From: Podarcis filfolensis
Lineage: Eukaryota
Reading direction: 5' to 3' (one strand)
Length of the DNA: 64,000 nucleotides
NCBI GenBank assembly: GCA_964270895.1
Contig: OZ185440.1
In this document: one piece after another, positions 63,632 to 64,000 of the stretch
How positions within the stretch are numbered: position 1 is the first letter of the stretch
Layout of the letters: every line of letters starts with the position of its first letter
Position numbers and translations under genes: made by a program
Notes under the pieces: generated by a model
The model's input: only the letters and a program-made list of their open reading frames with translations
Database searches by the model: none
Told to the model about the DNA's origin: nothing

Positions 63632-63876
63632 CTGCAAGGGAAGAGAGAGAGAGGGGCCGTCTTGAGTCAGGGCCTCCCGGCTCTTAAGGGTGGCGGGCAG
63701 CAGGGGGGGGAGGGTCTAGCGAAGAAGCCCCCAGGCCAGCCTCTGGTCCTCGCCCCGAGGGCTCCGCCCCGCTCTGGAAGGTGGGGGTGGCAGTTAGTCA
63801 GGGAGGAGGAACAAGGCGCAGGGTCACTTTGCGGGGCAGCCCCCGCTGAGGCAAACCCCCACCCCACCCGTCTCAC

Positions 63877-63886
63877 CGTTAGCCAT
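63877..63886 (-). CDS. TMEM167B: TMEM167B (Kish-B) coding exon 1 (10 nt)
   Basis: ATG GCT AAC G followed by gtgaga donor; phase 1 matches exon 2; CpG island. Confidence 0.88.
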
Positions 63887-63889
63887 GAC

Positions 63890-64000
63890 GGAAACCCGCA
63901 AGGCCCAGACCAGGTCTCGTCACCGCATCGCCCAGAATGAACGAACGGCCAGCGCGGCACCGGAACTTCCAGTGCCGCCAATAGAGCTCCGGCGATGGAG
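63890..64000 (-). promoter_or_regulatory. TMEM167B 5' UTR/promoter CpG island
   Basis: CpG-rich; CCGGAA ETS-like core near 63960 and CCAAT near 63978. Confidence 0.5.

Noticed and set aside
63993-64000. ATG at the window end as the start of a divergent gene
   Set aside because: Too little sequence to assess.

Overview
Vertebrate genomic DNA, most likely a squamate reptile (possibly a lacertid lizard), judged from Sauria SINEs, BovB, a young L2 and CR1 tails. It holds three spliced protein-coding genes and one RNA gene, in the order I recall for human 1p13.3. (1) ELAPOR1/KIAA1324 on the minus strand: coding exons 1-17 span 45709 down to 386, and the 3' exons lie outside the window. (2) CFAP276/C1orf194 on the plus strand, head-to-head with ELAPOR1: 5 coding exons, 48252-55134, 172 aa. 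(3) An SCARNA2 (mgU2-25/61) orthologue on the minus strand at about 56573-56975, invisible to the ORF track, with its own TATA box and ZNF143/Staf site and guides for U2 snRNA G25 and C61. (4) TMEM167B/Kish-B on the minus strand: 3 coding exons, 63886-62658, 74 aa. Introns carry many transposons: a near-intact L2 RT region, Sauria SINEs, a BovB fragment, tRNA-derived SINEs, CR1 tails, Tc1/mariner-superfamily MITEs, hAT-type MITEs and a probable decayed autonomous PIF/Harbinger element. The strongest second-look items are the scaRNA2 locus (including an unexplained D-box guide), a Sauria SINE and BovB sharing a triplicated 12-bp target site, the Harbinger relic, and a GAG splice acceptor in CFAP276. 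All family assignments come from manual translation and recalled reference sequences; no database search was run.
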